Shown piece by piece: positions 7,762 to 18,539 of a DNA stretch of 64,000 bases. Every line of letters starts with the position of its first letter. Position 1 is the stretch's first letter. The notes beneath the pieces were generated by a model. That model was given only the letters and a program-made list of their open reading frames with translations, was not told the DNA's origin and ran no database searches. A program made the translations under genes and the position numbers. Source of the stretch: an uncultured archaeon (GTDB lineage: Archaea; Iainarchaeota; Iainarchaeia; Iainarchaeales; VGJJ01). The stretch spans positions 5,112-69,111 of the forward strand of contig CAYIIU010000001.1 in the NCBI GenBank assembly GCA_964363635.1, written 5' to 3'.

Positions 7762-9519
7762 ATGCGACGCACGCCAGTACCTATTTTTGTTTTAGCTGCT
7801 TTTTTGATTATTTTTTCCACTGGAGCGTGGGGATTAGTTTGCGGAGACACGAGTGGAGCGCTTCCTGCAGGAGCGGTTTCACTTTTTAGAATTGATTCGG
7901 TGCACAATGCACATGCGGAAGAAGCAGCAGGCACGACGTACAATAGAGTTGTTTACTGCGCGCCCAGCGTAGGAGAACCTGCACTCGTTGCAAATGCGGC
8001 TGGCGGAACAGAACTGTTACACCTAAATACCCCCACCAGTGCGCATGCCGAATTTCCAACAGGAACAAATTACACTATACCAATTAGATTGGGCACGAAT
8101 AATGGAACACAAGTACTGGTGCTAATGGTAGATGCTGCATCAGACACCTGCACAACACACAATGCCTCGGGCATCACCTACCAAGAAGTAGTTCGACTCG
8201 CACGCCCCACCAATTCTCATTTGCAAAGCAACAGCTACAATGGCCCTAGTTCGCTTTACCCGCGCCGCGTGTGCGTGTCAGTAAATATGAGCGGGGGAAG
8301 CGTGCCGGATAATGATATTGTTCAAACAACCGTAAGTGGAACGCCTGCAACGGTTGCAATGAACGGCGCAATAAGCTCCAATATTTTAACACGAAATTTA
8401 GTAGCGGGCGATACAGACTATACTGATATTTCTACTATAACAGTTACAACAATGTGTCGAATTGGAACAGGAAATTGTGATGCTATTTCAAGTTCGCCAT
8501 CAAAATACGACGCATATTTGAATGAACTAACATTGATGAGCGCAAATGGTTATTCTGGAGCACTCATCCCGGCATCCCTCGACATTGTACAATATGGGTC
8601 GAACTCGCAGAGCGGATTTGTGGGCGCCATGAGTGCACTTTACGGTGCAAACAAAATAACATCTACAGGGCAATTAGATACAATAACAAATGCATCTAAC
8701 GACACGCACACGAAAGTGTATAACATCAATCCAGCAGCACAATTACTCACGCCCGGGCAATATCGAATATTTTCGCTCACTTGGAGAGCAGATTTTGATT
8801 ATCAGACTAACCCAAAAGTTGAAGTGGATTATCAAACATCAAACTTTAGCGAAACAACTTTTTCAGTAACTGGATTTTGTGGGGATGGATACATTGACCC
8901 GACAAGCACACCTATTGAAGTATGTGAACCGCCAGGATTTCCAGGAGGGTGCCCAGCAACCTCAACATGCAACAGTACATGCGATGCATGCTTATCAAGC
9001 GGGCCTGGGACTTCAGGAACGGCCGGAGACGTGTACGTGCTGAAGAATATTGTCTTCCCGAACGTGTACAACGGAAGCGATATTGTCGCGAACATCACCA
9101 TCGAAAACAAAAACATGACGGCGGCATCCGACCCCATCCAAGAAAAGCTCCTCATCACAATTCGCGACTCACAGGGGGTTTTAGATCCGATTTGGAATCA
9201 ATATCCTATTGACATCCTTAGCTTTGGAGGCGTGTCCAAAAAGACGATTCAAGTCACCATCCAAACAGGTGGAGTGGCACCATTTTTGACACCGGGAAAA
9301 ACATACACGCTCTACGCGACGGTGCAGAAATTTATAGACACCATTCCACCCATCGACGCTACTGAAACAATCACCGCCAACAACAGCGCGTACAAAACAT
9401 TTACCACACTCAATGCGCCCCAAACGTTTGCCATCCCCGATTCGCCTTGGTGGATGAGTATACTTGTGTTCGGAATGATTGCGGGATGGTTATTCGTCTC
9501 CGCTCGCAAGAAAAATTAA
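7762..9519 (+). CDS. Secreted Ser/Thr/Asn-rich cell-surface protein with a C-terminal membrane anchor
   Basis: The N-terminus carries a signal peptide, MRRTPVPIFVLAAFLIIFSTGAWG. The C-terminus has the TM helix WWMSILVFGMIAGWLFV followed by RKKN. The composition is low-complexity and rich in T/S/N. Confidence 0.55.
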   Translation: MRRTPVPIFVLAAFLIIFSTGAWGLVCGDTSGALPAGAVSLFRIDSVHNAHAEEAAGTTYNRVVYCAPSVGEPALVANAAGGTELLHLNTPTSAHAEFPTGTNYTIPIRLGTNNGTQVLVLMVDAASDTCTTHNASGITYQEVVRLARPTNSHLQSNSYNGPSSLYPRRVCVSVNMSGGSVPDNDIVQTTVSGTPATVAMNGAISSNILTRNLVAGDTDYTDISTITVTTMCRIGTGNCDAISSSPSKYDAYLNELTLMSANGYSGALIPASLDIVQYGSNSQSGFVGAMSALYGANKITSTGQLDTITNASNDTHTKVYNINPAAQLLTPGQYRIFSLTWRADFDYQTNPKVEVDYQTSNFSETTFSVTGFCGDGYIDPTSTPIEVCEPPGFPGGCPATSTCNSTCDACLSSGPGTSGTAGDVYVLKNIVFPNVYNGSDIVANITIENKNMTAASDPIQEKLLITIRDSQGVLDPIWNQYPIDILSFGGVSKKTIQVTIQTGGVAPFLTPGKTYTLYATVQKFIDTIPPIDATETITANNSAYKTFTTLNAPQTFAIPDSPWWMSILVFGMIAGWLFVSARKKN

Positions 9520-9550
9520 CTTTTGGGAAAAAAAATATTGAGAACCCTCA

Positions 9551-11077
9551 TTACTTTTTTTCTATTTCAAACTTAGGGAACAAAACAGGCCCTTTGACGA
9601 TTTTCTTTCCGCTCAACGAAGGGGTTTTGTTCAGCGCCGTGAACGAGGGCTTTTCGAAACCAATTTGTGAAATTATTTTCTCGCACGTTTGGGGAAGGAC
9701 GGGTGCGAGAAGGATGCTCAGCACGCGGATGATTTCAATCTCCGTAGCAAGCAGCGACTCTACTTCCGCACGCTTGCCCTCTTTCATTAATTTCCACGGC
9801 TCGGTATCGGCGATGAATTTGTTTCCCACCGCGGAAACCTTCATCACTTGAACAAGGGCATTCTGAATGTCATGCTCCAAATAGAAACGATACGCTTCCT
9901 GCGCGTGAACGCGGGCTTGTTGAAGAACCGCCTCATTCAATGCCGCGTCGGGAATGACTCCATTCGTGTATTTTTCCATCATGGATAACACACGAAAAAC
10001 CAAATTGCCGAGACTGTTTCCTAATTCAGAGTTGGCACGCTCGACGAGGTTCTTTTCCGAAAAAGCAATGTCATTTCCCAATGGGACTTCGCGTAAGAGG
10101 TAATAGCGCAGGGCTTCCATGCCATATTTTGGAATAATTTGCAATGGGTCAACGCCATTTCCCAAACTTTTGGAAAATTTTATTCCATTTTCATCATTAA
10201 CGAAGCCATGAACGATAACTTGCTTGGGCAAAGCAATATTCGCGCTCATGAGCATGGCAGGCCAGAGCAATGAATGAAAGCGGTTGATGTCCATCCCGAT
10301 AACATGTACATCTGCCGGCCAAAAGTCCGTGTATTTCTTTTCGGGAAAACCGCACACCGTAAGATAGTTCACGAGGGCATCAGACCACACGTACATCGTG
10401 TGCTCCGGATTCACGGGCGTGGGAATTCCCCACTTGATGGATTTGCGAGAGAACGAAACGTCGTGCAATCCTTGCTTGAGAAAATTTTCCATCTCTTTCT
10501 TTCGAAACTCCGGAAAAACATTTCCAGGGGTTTGCGCGTACCACTCTTCGAGCTTTTTTTGAAACGCACTCCATTTGAAAAAATAACTTTCCTCTTTGAC
10601 CTTTTTCAATTCCTTTCCGCAATGCGTATTCGGGCAGAAGCGCTTGCCGAGCTTTTCAACGGTGTCCTTCTCTGTCCAGAACGTTTCGTCCGAAACACAA
10701 TACCATCCTTCGTACATGTCGGGGTAAATGTCATCGTTGTCCCACATTAATTGAAAAAAATGCTGCGCGGCTTTCACGTGATCCGCGTCAGTGGTGCGGA
10801 CGAAGCGGTCGTAGGAGATGAGAGCCATGTCCATGAGCTTCTGGAATTCAGCCGACATCTCATCCACAAATTGTTTGGGAGGAAGATTGGCGTGCTTCGC
10901 GGACTCGGCGATCTTTTCGCCGTGCTCGTCCGTGCCAACCGTGAACAAGACTTTTTCACCATTCAGACGGTGAACGCGGGCAATGACATCCGCTACCGTC
11001 TTCTCGTAGACATGACCCATGTGCAATTTTGCATTAGGGTAGTCAATCGCGCACGAGATGAAGAAACCCTTGGACAT
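9551..11077 (-). CDS. metG: Methionyl-tRNA synthetase
   Basis: HMGH is the class I HIGH motif and KFSKS is the KMSKS motif. A Zn knuckle CPNTHCGKE is present. Confidence 0.9.
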   Translation of the reverse strand: MSKGFFISCAIDYPNAKLHMGHVYEKTVADVIARVHRLNGEKVLFTVGTDEHGEKIAESAKHANLPPKQFVDEMSAEFQKLMDMALISYDRFVRTTDADHVKAAQHFFQLMWDNDDIYPDMYEGWYCVSDETFWTEKDTVEKLGKRFCPNTHCGKELKKVKEESYFFKWSAFQKKLEEWYAQTPGNVFPEFRKKEMENFLKQGLHDVSFSRKSIKWGIPTPVNPEHTMYVWSDALVNYLTVCGFPEKKYTDFWPADVHVIGMDINRFHSLLWPAMLMSANIALPKQVIVHGFVNDENGIKFSKSLGNGVDPLQIIPKYGMEALRYYLLREVPLGNDIAFSEKNLVERANSELGNSLGNLVFRVLSMMEKYTNGVIPDAALNEAVLQQARVHAQEAYRFYLEHDIQNALVQVMKVSAVGNKFIADTEPWKLMKEGKRAEVESLLATEIEIIRVLSILLAPVLPQTCEKIISQIGFEKPSFTALNKTPSLSGKKIVKGPVLFPKFEIEKK

Positions 11078-11122
11078 ACGCTCAACTTGTTCAAAATAAG
11101 TTAAAAGAACAGCGGTGCAGCA

Positions 11123-12064
11123 TCAGTCTTTGGGTTGAAATTGTCCATCTTTATAGACGAATCCATCTGCTGGAGAGGCGCGAACTCGCAATCCTTTCTT
11201 CTTGGCAGCTTCAAAAAATTTGTCATAACGGGCGAGTGCATCTTCGACCATTTTCCAATTCTTTGTAGTGTAACCTGTCATTAATTCATATTGGTAGCTG
11301 GCATTAACCATCTGCATCCAGGTTAAAATAATTCGATCCCGCGATTTTTTCCCCAATAGAATAGAGAAGCACCCCCTTACTTTTCCTTTTTCATCGACAA
11401 CTGCAATGTGTGTCTTTCTCAATGCGTGATTTCCTTCACCCTCTACTAACCGACGATAGGCATCGATGAATCGAACTAAATCCGGCCGACTGTGTTGGCT
11501 CGCCGCACGATTGCGCAAGTGACGCGGCATATCTTTGGGAAACGCTAACAACGGATGAGTGTGGATTTCCGAGGAATCAGTAGAGAGTGGAGGAACGAAT
11601 TCTACTTGGTCGTGTGAACGGGAAAGGGCAGCCCAACGCAATTGACCAGGTTTACCTTTCTGCTTGTACCAGCCTGCTTCGTGAGTAGCAATATCTGGAG
11701 TTTTTTCGATAATCTCGCGCACCGAAGAAGGCTTACGAGTCGAAACGTGTGGCAAACGATTTACCTCATCGTACTTTGCTTGCTTGCGCGCGTCTATTTC
11801 TGCCATTTTATCAGCAACTTTTTTTACACCCATCCAGACAATGGCGGTTGCACCTGCAGCGAGACCTAATTTCAACAAGGCCCGTCGACTAATAATTGGG
11901 GTAGAAGCAGTGACACGTTTTCTTTGCCGATTGTGACGCCACCCAAACATGCAGCTTAAAAGAATGAGAAGAATATAACTATTAGTTCGAAACCCGAAGC
12001 TGAACCGTATTAAGACGGTTCGAAAACCAATGCCAGCGAGGATAAGTAGTCGTACACGCATCAC
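11123..12064 (-). CDS. Hypothetical exported protein with a twin-arginine-like signal
   Basis: STPIISRRALLKLGLAAGATAIV is an RR motif followed by a hydrophobic region. The true start is probably the internal Met near 11950. Confidence 0.4.
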   Translation of the reverse strand: MMRVRLLILAGIGFRTVLIRFSFGFRTNSYILLILLSCMFGWRHNRQRKRVTASTPIISRRALLKLGLAAGATAIVWMGVKKVADKMAEIDARKQAKYDEVNRLPHVSTRKPSSVREIIEKTPDIATHEAGWYKQKGKPGQLRWAALSRSHDQVEFVPPLSTDSSEIHTHPLLAFPKDMPRHLRNRAASQHSRPDLVRFIDAYRRLVEGEGNHALRKTHIAVVDEKGKVRGCFSILLGKKSRDRIILTWMQMVNASYQYELMTGYTTKNWKMVEDALARYDKFFEAAKKKGLRVRASPADGFVYKDGQFQPKD

Positions 12065-12132
12065 ACTAGTCTCCCAAATTTTTTACGTAAAACTCCCCAT
12101 CCGTAGCACGGCGGTCTGCTGACATAACCGCT

Positions 12133-12139
12133 ATAAATG
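12133..12139 (+). promoter_or_regulatory. TATA box (tataaat) about 26 nt upstream of the MCM ATG, implying a leaderless mRNA
   Basis: The sequence is ccgctataaatgataaaatcg. The TATA centre lies about 29 nt before ATG 12165. Confidence 0.35.
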
Positions 12140-12164
12140 ATAAAATCGTGAGCTTACGCAGGGC

Positions 12165-15100
12165 ATGGGTATGGAAAGAGAAAGTTTTGGATTCGAGGAA
12201 GCGAAAGGCTTCCACAAGCCGGAAGAGACGGAGATAGCGCAGACGCCCCTCAAGGGAGCCGCAAACCCCTTCATCCCCAAATTCGAAGAATTCTTTTCCA
12301 CTCAAGAGTATAAGAAAAAGATCGAGAAGCTCGCCCACGAATACCCGCAAAACAAATCGCTGATTGTGGACTACAACGATGTGGATTCGTTTGATTATCA
12401 ACTCGCCGAAGAATTGCTCGCCCATCCTGATTTGTTGATTGAAGCCGCGGAACTGGCCGTGCAAAAAATTGAAGTGCCAGTGCTGCAAATGGATAAATTT
12501 TCTCCCAATGTACGTTTTCGGGGATTGCCCAAAGACAAGTCCCCCCTCGTGCGGGACATTTCCGCGCAGCAATTGGGAAAACTATTCGCCGTGGAGGGAG
12601 TTATTAGACAAGTCACCGAAGTCATGCCTAAATTGAAAAGCGCCACATGGAGATGCAAGCGCTGCGGAAACCAATACATCTTGGAGCAGGACGGGCACCA
12701 ACAGCGCAAGCCCGCATTCTGCAATTGCAAACACCGCGACTTTGAATTGGTTCCCGAAGAAAGCACGTTCGTGGACTATCAAAAAATTCAGATTCAAGAA
12801 CCCTTAGAAATGCTCAAAGGAAGCGAGCAAGCCGTGAATTTGGATGTGTACATTGAAGACGACTTCGTGAATCGCGTGTATCCGGGAAACCGCACGCAGA
12901 TTACGGGGATTTTGAGACTGTATCCGCCCAACAAGGACAAAAAGAATGTCTATGGAAGATACTTGGAAGCCATTCATCTGGAAGAAACGGAAAAAGAATT
13001 CGAAGACGTTACCATCAACGAAGAGGATGAAGTGAAAATCAAAGAAATCGCCAAGAATCCTAAGATTTATGAGATACTCGTACAATCGATCGCCCCCACG
13101 ATTCATGGACACGAAATCGTGAAAGAATCCATTTCGCTTCAGCTTTTTGGAGGAGTAAAGAAGACACTCCCCGGGGATATGAAAATCCGCGGAAATATTC
13201 ACGTTTTGCTTGTGGGCGATCCTGGCACTGGTAAAAGTATCCTCCTGCAAGCGACGGACAAGATTGCGCCGAAGAGCGTGTATGTGAGTGGTAAAGGAAG
13301 CACGAGTGCAGGATTATGCGTTGCACCTGACTCACTTATTTTGAATGATAATGGTTTCAAATCGATTGAAGAGTTTGTTGAAACAAAATTCGACAATCAA
13401 TTGCAGCGGGAAGAATTGCCCGGAGCATTTAGCAATGAATTCATGGGACAGACGCACAGCCTCACTCCACAATTGGATTTCTCAGTTCAACCTGTTGAGA
13501 AAATCTGGAGAATTAAAGCTCCGCCAAAGATGATTCAATTCACTACTAAAACAGGAAGAGAATTGAGCCTTACACCCGCAACCTCGCTGATCCGACTCAA
13601 AAGTAGTAAAGCGGAATGGATTGAAGCAAATGAATTACAAGCAGGAGACTATGTGGCAGTACCTCGCTTTTTGCCTGAAGGACAACGAAAAAATATTCCA
13701 ACCTTCACCGTATTGCTGGATGACCCGTACATCAAAATTGGAAATCCATTAGCGGAATGGATGAAAGAAATAATCGCGAAGCTCGTTCCGAAATACGGAA
13801 GCAAACAGGCCATCGCCAAAAAAGTGGGAAAAAGCAGGGACACTATCTATGCGATCCAAAACCCTAAATTCCACCACGGATGGGAACTGCAGAAAGTAGT
13901 TGGATTAGCACGCGAAGCAGGATATTCCGATAATCAAATCGCCCAAAAGATAACAACCCTATTCATTCGACATGGCTTTACAAATCAAATCCCCACCTAC
14001 CTAGATGACCCTGATGTCACCTACCTCGTTGGAGCCATTATCGGGGATGGAAGCATGGAAGATGCAGAAGATTGCACGACCATTCGTCTCTGCGGGAACG
14101 ATCCGCAGATACTTGATCGATGCACCAAAATATTGCATGATAAATTTGGAATCATTCCTGAAAAGGAGAAGAATGCGGATAGGGAGAGAGTCCCCTCCTT
14201 ACGAATGAGTTCCCGTGTTTTAGGAAAAATTCTTCGCGCGTATGGAATGCGACATGAGAAAAAAGAAAACGCACTGTCTCACATGGCAACAGAGATGCCT
14301 AACCATATTCTTCGAAATTTACTCCAAGGATTATTTGATACAGACGGATACGCAGATGATTCTAAAACAGGTGGAAAAAATGTTGGAATAAGTTCTGTCA
14401 GTCCTGAACTAATTAAAACAATTCACCTCTCGCTACTCAAATTTGGGATTATTTCCAAAAAGAGATTCCGTAAGAGAGCAGGAAATGTCGCAATCGGAAA
14501 AAAAATCACGGTAATAAGCCGAAACGATCAATACTCCATCGAAATTTATGGGAAAAAGAATATGGAGCTTTTCAGAGAAAAAATAGGGTTTGGTCTCGCC
14601 CGAAAACAAGAGACTCTGGATAAAATAATCAACAGCATACATGAAGAAAGGACAAATATTGATTTTATTCCGGAGATTCAAGAGGCACTTCAAACAACAA
14701 ATGCCAAAAGCCAATACAAAAAAGGAAAAGTTCGGATTTCCCGAACAAAATTGAAGGAATTAATGAAGGATCTGGAAGATTGTTTCTTGCAAAAATTGGG
14801 AAACGCCAATGTCCTTTGGGACCAAATCAAAGTGAAGAAAGAGTTTTCGCCCGATTATGAATACGTCTATGATATGACCGTTAGCGGCAGCCATAACTTC
14901 ATTGCGAATGGGTTTTACGTCCATAACACGGCTTCCGCCGTGAAAGATGATTTTGGTGAAGGCGGATGGACGCTCAAAGCCGGTGCGCTCGTGCTTGCGT
15001 CCGGCGGAATGGTTATGGTAGATGAATTTGATAAGATGGAATGCTTGATGGGAGACACGCTCGTCTGCTCCGAAAACGGAGAACTGAAACCCATTCAAAC

Positions 15101-17699
15101 CATTTTTGAAGAAGTCAAAAAAGAAGGAAGAATCGAAAAGACAAAAAAAGGAACAAGTGTGCGCGGCATCCAAAATAGATTCGTTCTTTCAATGGACAAA
15201 AACTTGAAAATGGTCAAACGAAAAGTGTTGGCCGCACATGAGTATTCCCATGATGGAAGAATTTTGGAAATCCGACTTCAGAGCGGAGAAAAAATAAAAG
15301 CCACTCCTAATCACCCTTTTTTTACTTCTACCGAAAAAGAAGTCAAGACTATTAAAGCAGGATTCTTGAAAAAAGGAGACTTTGTGCTAGTCCCTGCGCG
15401 CGTCCCTAATGAGGATGGGGGGAAATCAAATGAGAAACTTTCCCGCATGTATGGATATTTAGCGGGGGACGGAAACGTTACTTACAACCCGCCTGAAAAC
15501 TACTTGGTCCGATTTACGAATAAGGATGCAGACCTCTTGGATGATTTCAGCATATGCTGCGAAAACACGTTTGGTAAACCCACCATTTACCCGAGCGAGA
15601 TAAGGGCGGGAGGATTAATGTGTACGCGCATCAATGGACAAGCGCACATTGACTTCATTGCTGAACACGCTCCCGGACTCATGGAGAAATTTGAGCGCAA
15701 ATACACTCCGACAAGCATCTTTCATTCCTCTCGAAACACGTCCAATTACCTGCGAGGACTCTTTGACTCGGAGGGAAGCGTGGACATGAGACACCAGCAG
15801 ATCAGCTTTGCGTCAACGAGTGAAAGATTGACCTTGGAAGTTAAAGCACTACTATTGAAATACGGCATTCTCTCCCAAATACAGCACAAGAAACCAAAGG
15901 GGAATAAAATGACGGCATACGTGCTTCGAATCACCGACGCCGATTCGCTCCATTCATTTTTAAAAAAAATTGGATTCACCAGCCGACGAAAATACAAAAA
16001 ACTCGAAACATTCATTCAACCTACTAAAGAAAGGAGCGTCATCAATGTAATCCCAAATATTGGGGGGCTTCTCAAAGAAATTCGCATACCATTGGGTTTG
16101 CATCAAAAGCAATGCGGGATAAATAAAACGACCTACAACAATTTTGAAAAGGGGGCCGCCAACATAAGCATAAAAAATGCCCAGAAAGTATTGACGGCAT
16201 TCAAAAAAACAGCGGCGCAAAAGAACGTTTCAGATGAAACAAAAGAGAGAATGAAGTATTTCGAAGCCCTCGCTATGGGAGACGTCCGCTGGAGAAAAGT
16301 CGATGAAATAAAAGAAGCCAGCATTTCTTTGGATACTCACCTAAGCTATCAGCGTACCCACCAGATAAATCAAATTTTAAAAAAAACTGGAATGAAAAAA
16401 GTCTCCCATCAAAAAATGATAGAGAGAATTCCAATACTTATTCAAGAAATAGAAAAGGCCAACGAAACTATTCAAGAATATGTTGACAAAGAAAAGCATT
16501 CGTGGAGTGAAATAAAGGAAGTCATCAGAAAAAACACAATTAGCCACTCTGAAATAGCCAAAGAAGTGGGAGTGAACCAAGCCACTTTTACTAGGTGGGC
16601 GAATCAAAATACAAAACCGCCGCTGAATGCATTGCAGCAGACGGCCCAAGCGGTAAAAAAAAGATTAATTAGAAGAAAACAAACAACTGAAAGTCTGGTA
16701 CAGCTATTAAGTGAGACAATCGCTAAACCAACCGCCAAAATATATGATTTGACTATCGAAGGAAGCCACAATTTCATCGCCAACAATATTATCGTACACA
16801 ACTCCGAAGACCGGTCAGCGATGCATGAGGCGATGGAACAAGGACAAGTGAGTGTAGCGAAAGCCGGAATGGTCACGCGATTCAAAACGGACACTTCAGT
16901 ATTAGCCGCGGCCAATCCAAAACTTTCGCGCTTTGACACGTTCAAACCATTTTTCGAACAAATTGACTTGCCCCCCTCTCTCATTTCGCGATTTGATTTA
17001 TTTTTCATGATTCGCGACACGCTCAACAAGGAACGAGATGAAATGATTGCCGCGCACATCTTGTCCTCGCATAAAGTGGGGGAGCAGATGCTGCAGATGC
17101 AGCGCGCGGGAAAGAAGGGGTACACGGATGAAATGCTGAAAATGGAAGAGAAAGTCACGCCCATTATTGACATCGAATTGTTGCGAAAATACATATCCTA
17201 CTCGCGACAGCGCGTGTTTCCCATTTTGAGTTTAGAGGCCACCCAACTGATTCAAGACTTTTACGTTGGTTTACGTGATCAGGGAAGACAGCAGGGGAGC
17301 TATGCAGCAACGGCGAGACAATTGGAAGGACTCGTACGATTGGCGGAAGCCTCTGCACGCGTACGTTTGAGTGACGAAGTGACGCAAGAAGATGCGGAAC
17401 GTGCCATGCGACTCGTGCGCGCTTCGTTAGAGGATGTGGTGAAAGACCCCGAGACGGGAAGAATTGACATCGATATTGTTACCAGCGGACAAACACAAAG
17501 TTCGCGCGACCATATGCGCACCATCACGGACATCATCAAGGCGAAAAGCAAGGAAATGGACAAAGTCCCCATTCAAGATGTCGTTGCGGAAGCGTTGTCG
17601 AGAGGAATCGAAGAAGAGAAAGTGCGCGATTTGATTACCAAACTCAAGAAAGCGGGAGATATTTACGAACCCTCGCACGGTTTCCTCAAATCGGCGTGA
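12165..17699 (+). CDS. mcm: MCM replicative helicase interrupted by two inteins
   Basis: Extein motifs include a Zn finger CKRCG...CNCKH, the Walker A box GDPGTGKSILLQ and the Walker B box MVMVDEFDKM. They also include the sensor SEDRSAMHEAMEQGQVSVAKAG and the arginine finger VLAAANP. The extein totals about 720 aa. Confidence 0.9.
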   Translation: MGMERESFGFEEAKGFHKPEETEIAQTPLKGAANPFIPKFEEFFSTQEYKKKIEKLAHEYPQNKSLIVDYNDVDSFDYQLAEELLAHPDLLIEAAELAVQKIEVPVLQMDKFSPNVRFRGLPKDKSPLVRDISAQQLGKLFAVEGVIRQVTEVMPKLKSATWRCKRCGNQYILEQDGHQQRKPAFCNCKHRDFELVPEESTFVDYQKIQIQEPLEMLKGSEQAVNLDVYIEDDFVNRVYPGNRTQITGILRLYPPNKDKKNVYGRYLEAIHLEETEKEFEDVTINEEDEVKIKEIAKNPKIYEILVQSIAPTIHGHEIVKESISLQLFGGVKKTLPGDMKIRGNIHVLLVGDPGTGKSILLQATDKIAPKSVYVSGKGSTSAGLCVAPDSLILNDNGFKSIEEFVETKFDNQLQREELPGAFSNEFMGQTHSLTPQLDFSVQPVEKIWRIKAPPKMIQFTTKTGRELSLTPATSLIRLKSSKAEWIEANELQAGDYVAVPRFLPEGQRKNIPTFTVLLDDPYIKIGNPLAEWMKEIIAKLVPKYGSKQAIAKKVGKSRDTIYAIQNPKFHHGWELQKVVGLAREAGYSDNQIAQKITTLFIRHGFTNQIPTYLDDPDVTYLVGAIIGDGSMEDAEDCTTIRLCGNDPQILDRCTKILHDKFGIIPEKEKNADRERVPSLRMSSRVLGKILRAYGMRHEKKENALSHMATEMPNHILRNLLQGLFDTDGYADDSKTGGKNVGISSVSPELIKTIHLSLLKFGIISKKRFRKRAGNVAIGKKITVISRNDQYSIEIYGKKNMELFREKIGFGLARKQETLDKIINSIHEERTNIDFIPEIQEALQTTNAKSQYKKGKVRISRTKLKELMKDLEDCFLQKLGNANVLWDQIKVKKEFSPDYEYVYDMTVSGSHNFIANGFYVHNTASAVKDDFGEGGWTLKAGALVLASGGMVMVDEFDKMECLMGDTLVCSENGELKPIQTIFEEVKKEGRIEKTKKGTSVRGIQNRFVLSMDKNLKMVKRKVLAAHEYSHDGRILEIRLQSGEKIKATPNHPFFTSTEKEVKTIKAGFLKKGDFVLVPARVPNEDGGKSNEKLSRMYGYLAGDGNVTYNPPENYLVRFTNKDADLLDDFSICCENTFGKPTIYPSEIRAGGLMCTRINGQAHIDFIAEHAPGLMEKFERKYTPTSIFHSSRNTSNYLRGLFDSEGSVDMRHQQISFASTSERLTLEVKALLLKYGILSQIQHKKPKGNKMTAYVLRITDADSLHSFLKKIGFTSRRKYKKLETFIQPTKERSVINVIPNIGGLLKEIRIPLGLHQKQCGINKTTYNNFEKGAANISIKNAQKVLTAFKKTAAQKNVSDETKERMKYFEALAMGDVRWRKVDEIKEASISLDTHLSYQRTHQINQILKKTGMKKVSHQKMIERIPILIQEIEKANETIQEYVDKEKHSWSEIKEVIRKNTISHSEIAKEVGVNQATFTRWANQNTKPPLNALQQTAQAVKKRLIRRKQTTESLVQLLSETIAKPTAKIYDLTIEGSHNFIANNIIVHNSEDRSAMHEAMEQGQVSVAKAGMVTRFKTDTSVLAAANPKLSRFDTFKPFFEQIDLPPSLISRFDLFFMIRDTLNKERDEMIAAHILSSHKVGEQMLQMQRAGKKGYTDEMLKMEEKVTPIIDIELLRKYISYSRQRVFPILSLEATQLIQDFYVGLRDQGRQQGSYAATARQLEGLVRLAEASARVRLSDEVTQEDAERAMRLVRASLEDVVKDPETGRIDIDIVTSGQTQSSRDHMRTITDIIKAKSKEMDKVPIQDVVAEALSRGIEEEKVRDLITKLKKAGDIYEPSHGFLKSA
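13317..14927 (+). mobile_element. MCM intein 1, 537 aa, with a LAGLIDADG endonuclease
   Basis: The insert starts at Cys after GKGSTSAGL and ends YVHN before TASAVKDD. It contains LVGAIIGDGSMED and LQGLFDTDGYADD. Confidence 0.85.
15042..16802 (+). mobile_element. MCM intein 2, 587 aa, with a LAGLIDADG endonuclease
   Basis: The insert starts CLMGDTLV after DEFDKME and ends IIVHN before SEDRSAMHEAMEQ. It contains YLAGDGNV and LRGLFDSEGSVD. Confidence 0.85.
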
Positions 17700-17736
17700 A
17701 GCAAAACCATAAATAGAGAAACTTGTTTTCTCCCAC

Positions 17737-17997
17737 ATGGGCAGACAAGGCCGAAAGCCAATGGGATCGAACCAAAAATCGCACGCCGAAATAACATTGC
17801 GTTCGCATTATGGTTTGGCGCGAAAAGCAGGAAATGCATTCAATCAAAGCCAAAATCCAAAAACGAAAGCGGCAGTGGAAGGAATCATGGAAAGTGCACG
17901 AAAACATTTACGCGCAGTTAATGCCGAGCGCGCCAAAGAATACAAAAAACCCCTTACGTTGAAAGAACTCATCGAATTTATCCAAGACAGTGAATAA
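17737..17997 (+). CDS. Hypothetical small basic protein
   Basis: The 86-aa ORF has no recognisable motif. Confidence 0.3.
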   Translation: MGRQGRKPMGSNQKSHAEITLRSHYGLARKAGNAFNQSQNPKTKAAVEGIMESARKHLRAVNAERAKEYKKPLTLKELIEFIQDSE

Positions 17998-18499
17998 TAT
18001 GCCCCGCCCGCTCAAACGATTTATTCAAAAGTGGATTATTTCCCACCGCGCACGAAGACCGGTTTCGGTTCAAGACGCACAACTGAAACTTCACGCACCC
18101 ATCCATTCAGAATACCAACGCGTACGCGGACAGTTGAACAATCCGCAATCAGACCAAGCGGTGAATAGAATGTTCGGACGAATACGAAACACCAATCACT
18201 GGTTCGCCCTCACGCGTGCGTTCCGCGCTGCAGGAATATTCGGGAACGAAACACGAAATGACCTGTTAAACGTCCGCACGTGGAGTGAAGTGGAACAAAA
18301 AATAGGACAAAAACGCGCCGAAATGATGCAGCGGACGTATCAACAAGCACTGGATGCCGCACACGAAGCGGAAAAAAACATTTTTGTCGAAGGAGAATCA
18401 CGCGCGCGGCAACGAATGGCAGAACCGGCACAACGGCCGGTGCACGGCAGCGTCATCCAAGGAAATTTTGGTCAAAAATCAAAGAAGCGGGCCGCTTAA
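17990..18499 (+). CDS. Hypothetical basic protein
   Basis: The 169-aa ORF is Arg/Gln-rich. Confidence 0.35.
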   Translation: MNNMPRPLKRFIQKWIISHRARRPVSVQDAQLKLHAPIHSEYQRVRGQLNNPQSDQAVNRMFGRIRNTNHWFALTRAFRAAGIFGNETRNDLLNVRTWSEVEQKIGQKRAEMMQRTYQQALDAAHEAEKNIFVEGESRARQRMAEPAQRPVHGSVIQGNFGQKSKKRAA

Positions 18500-18539
18500 T
18501 CAACCAACCATTAAAAGCCCTTAACACGTTCTTTGACGC

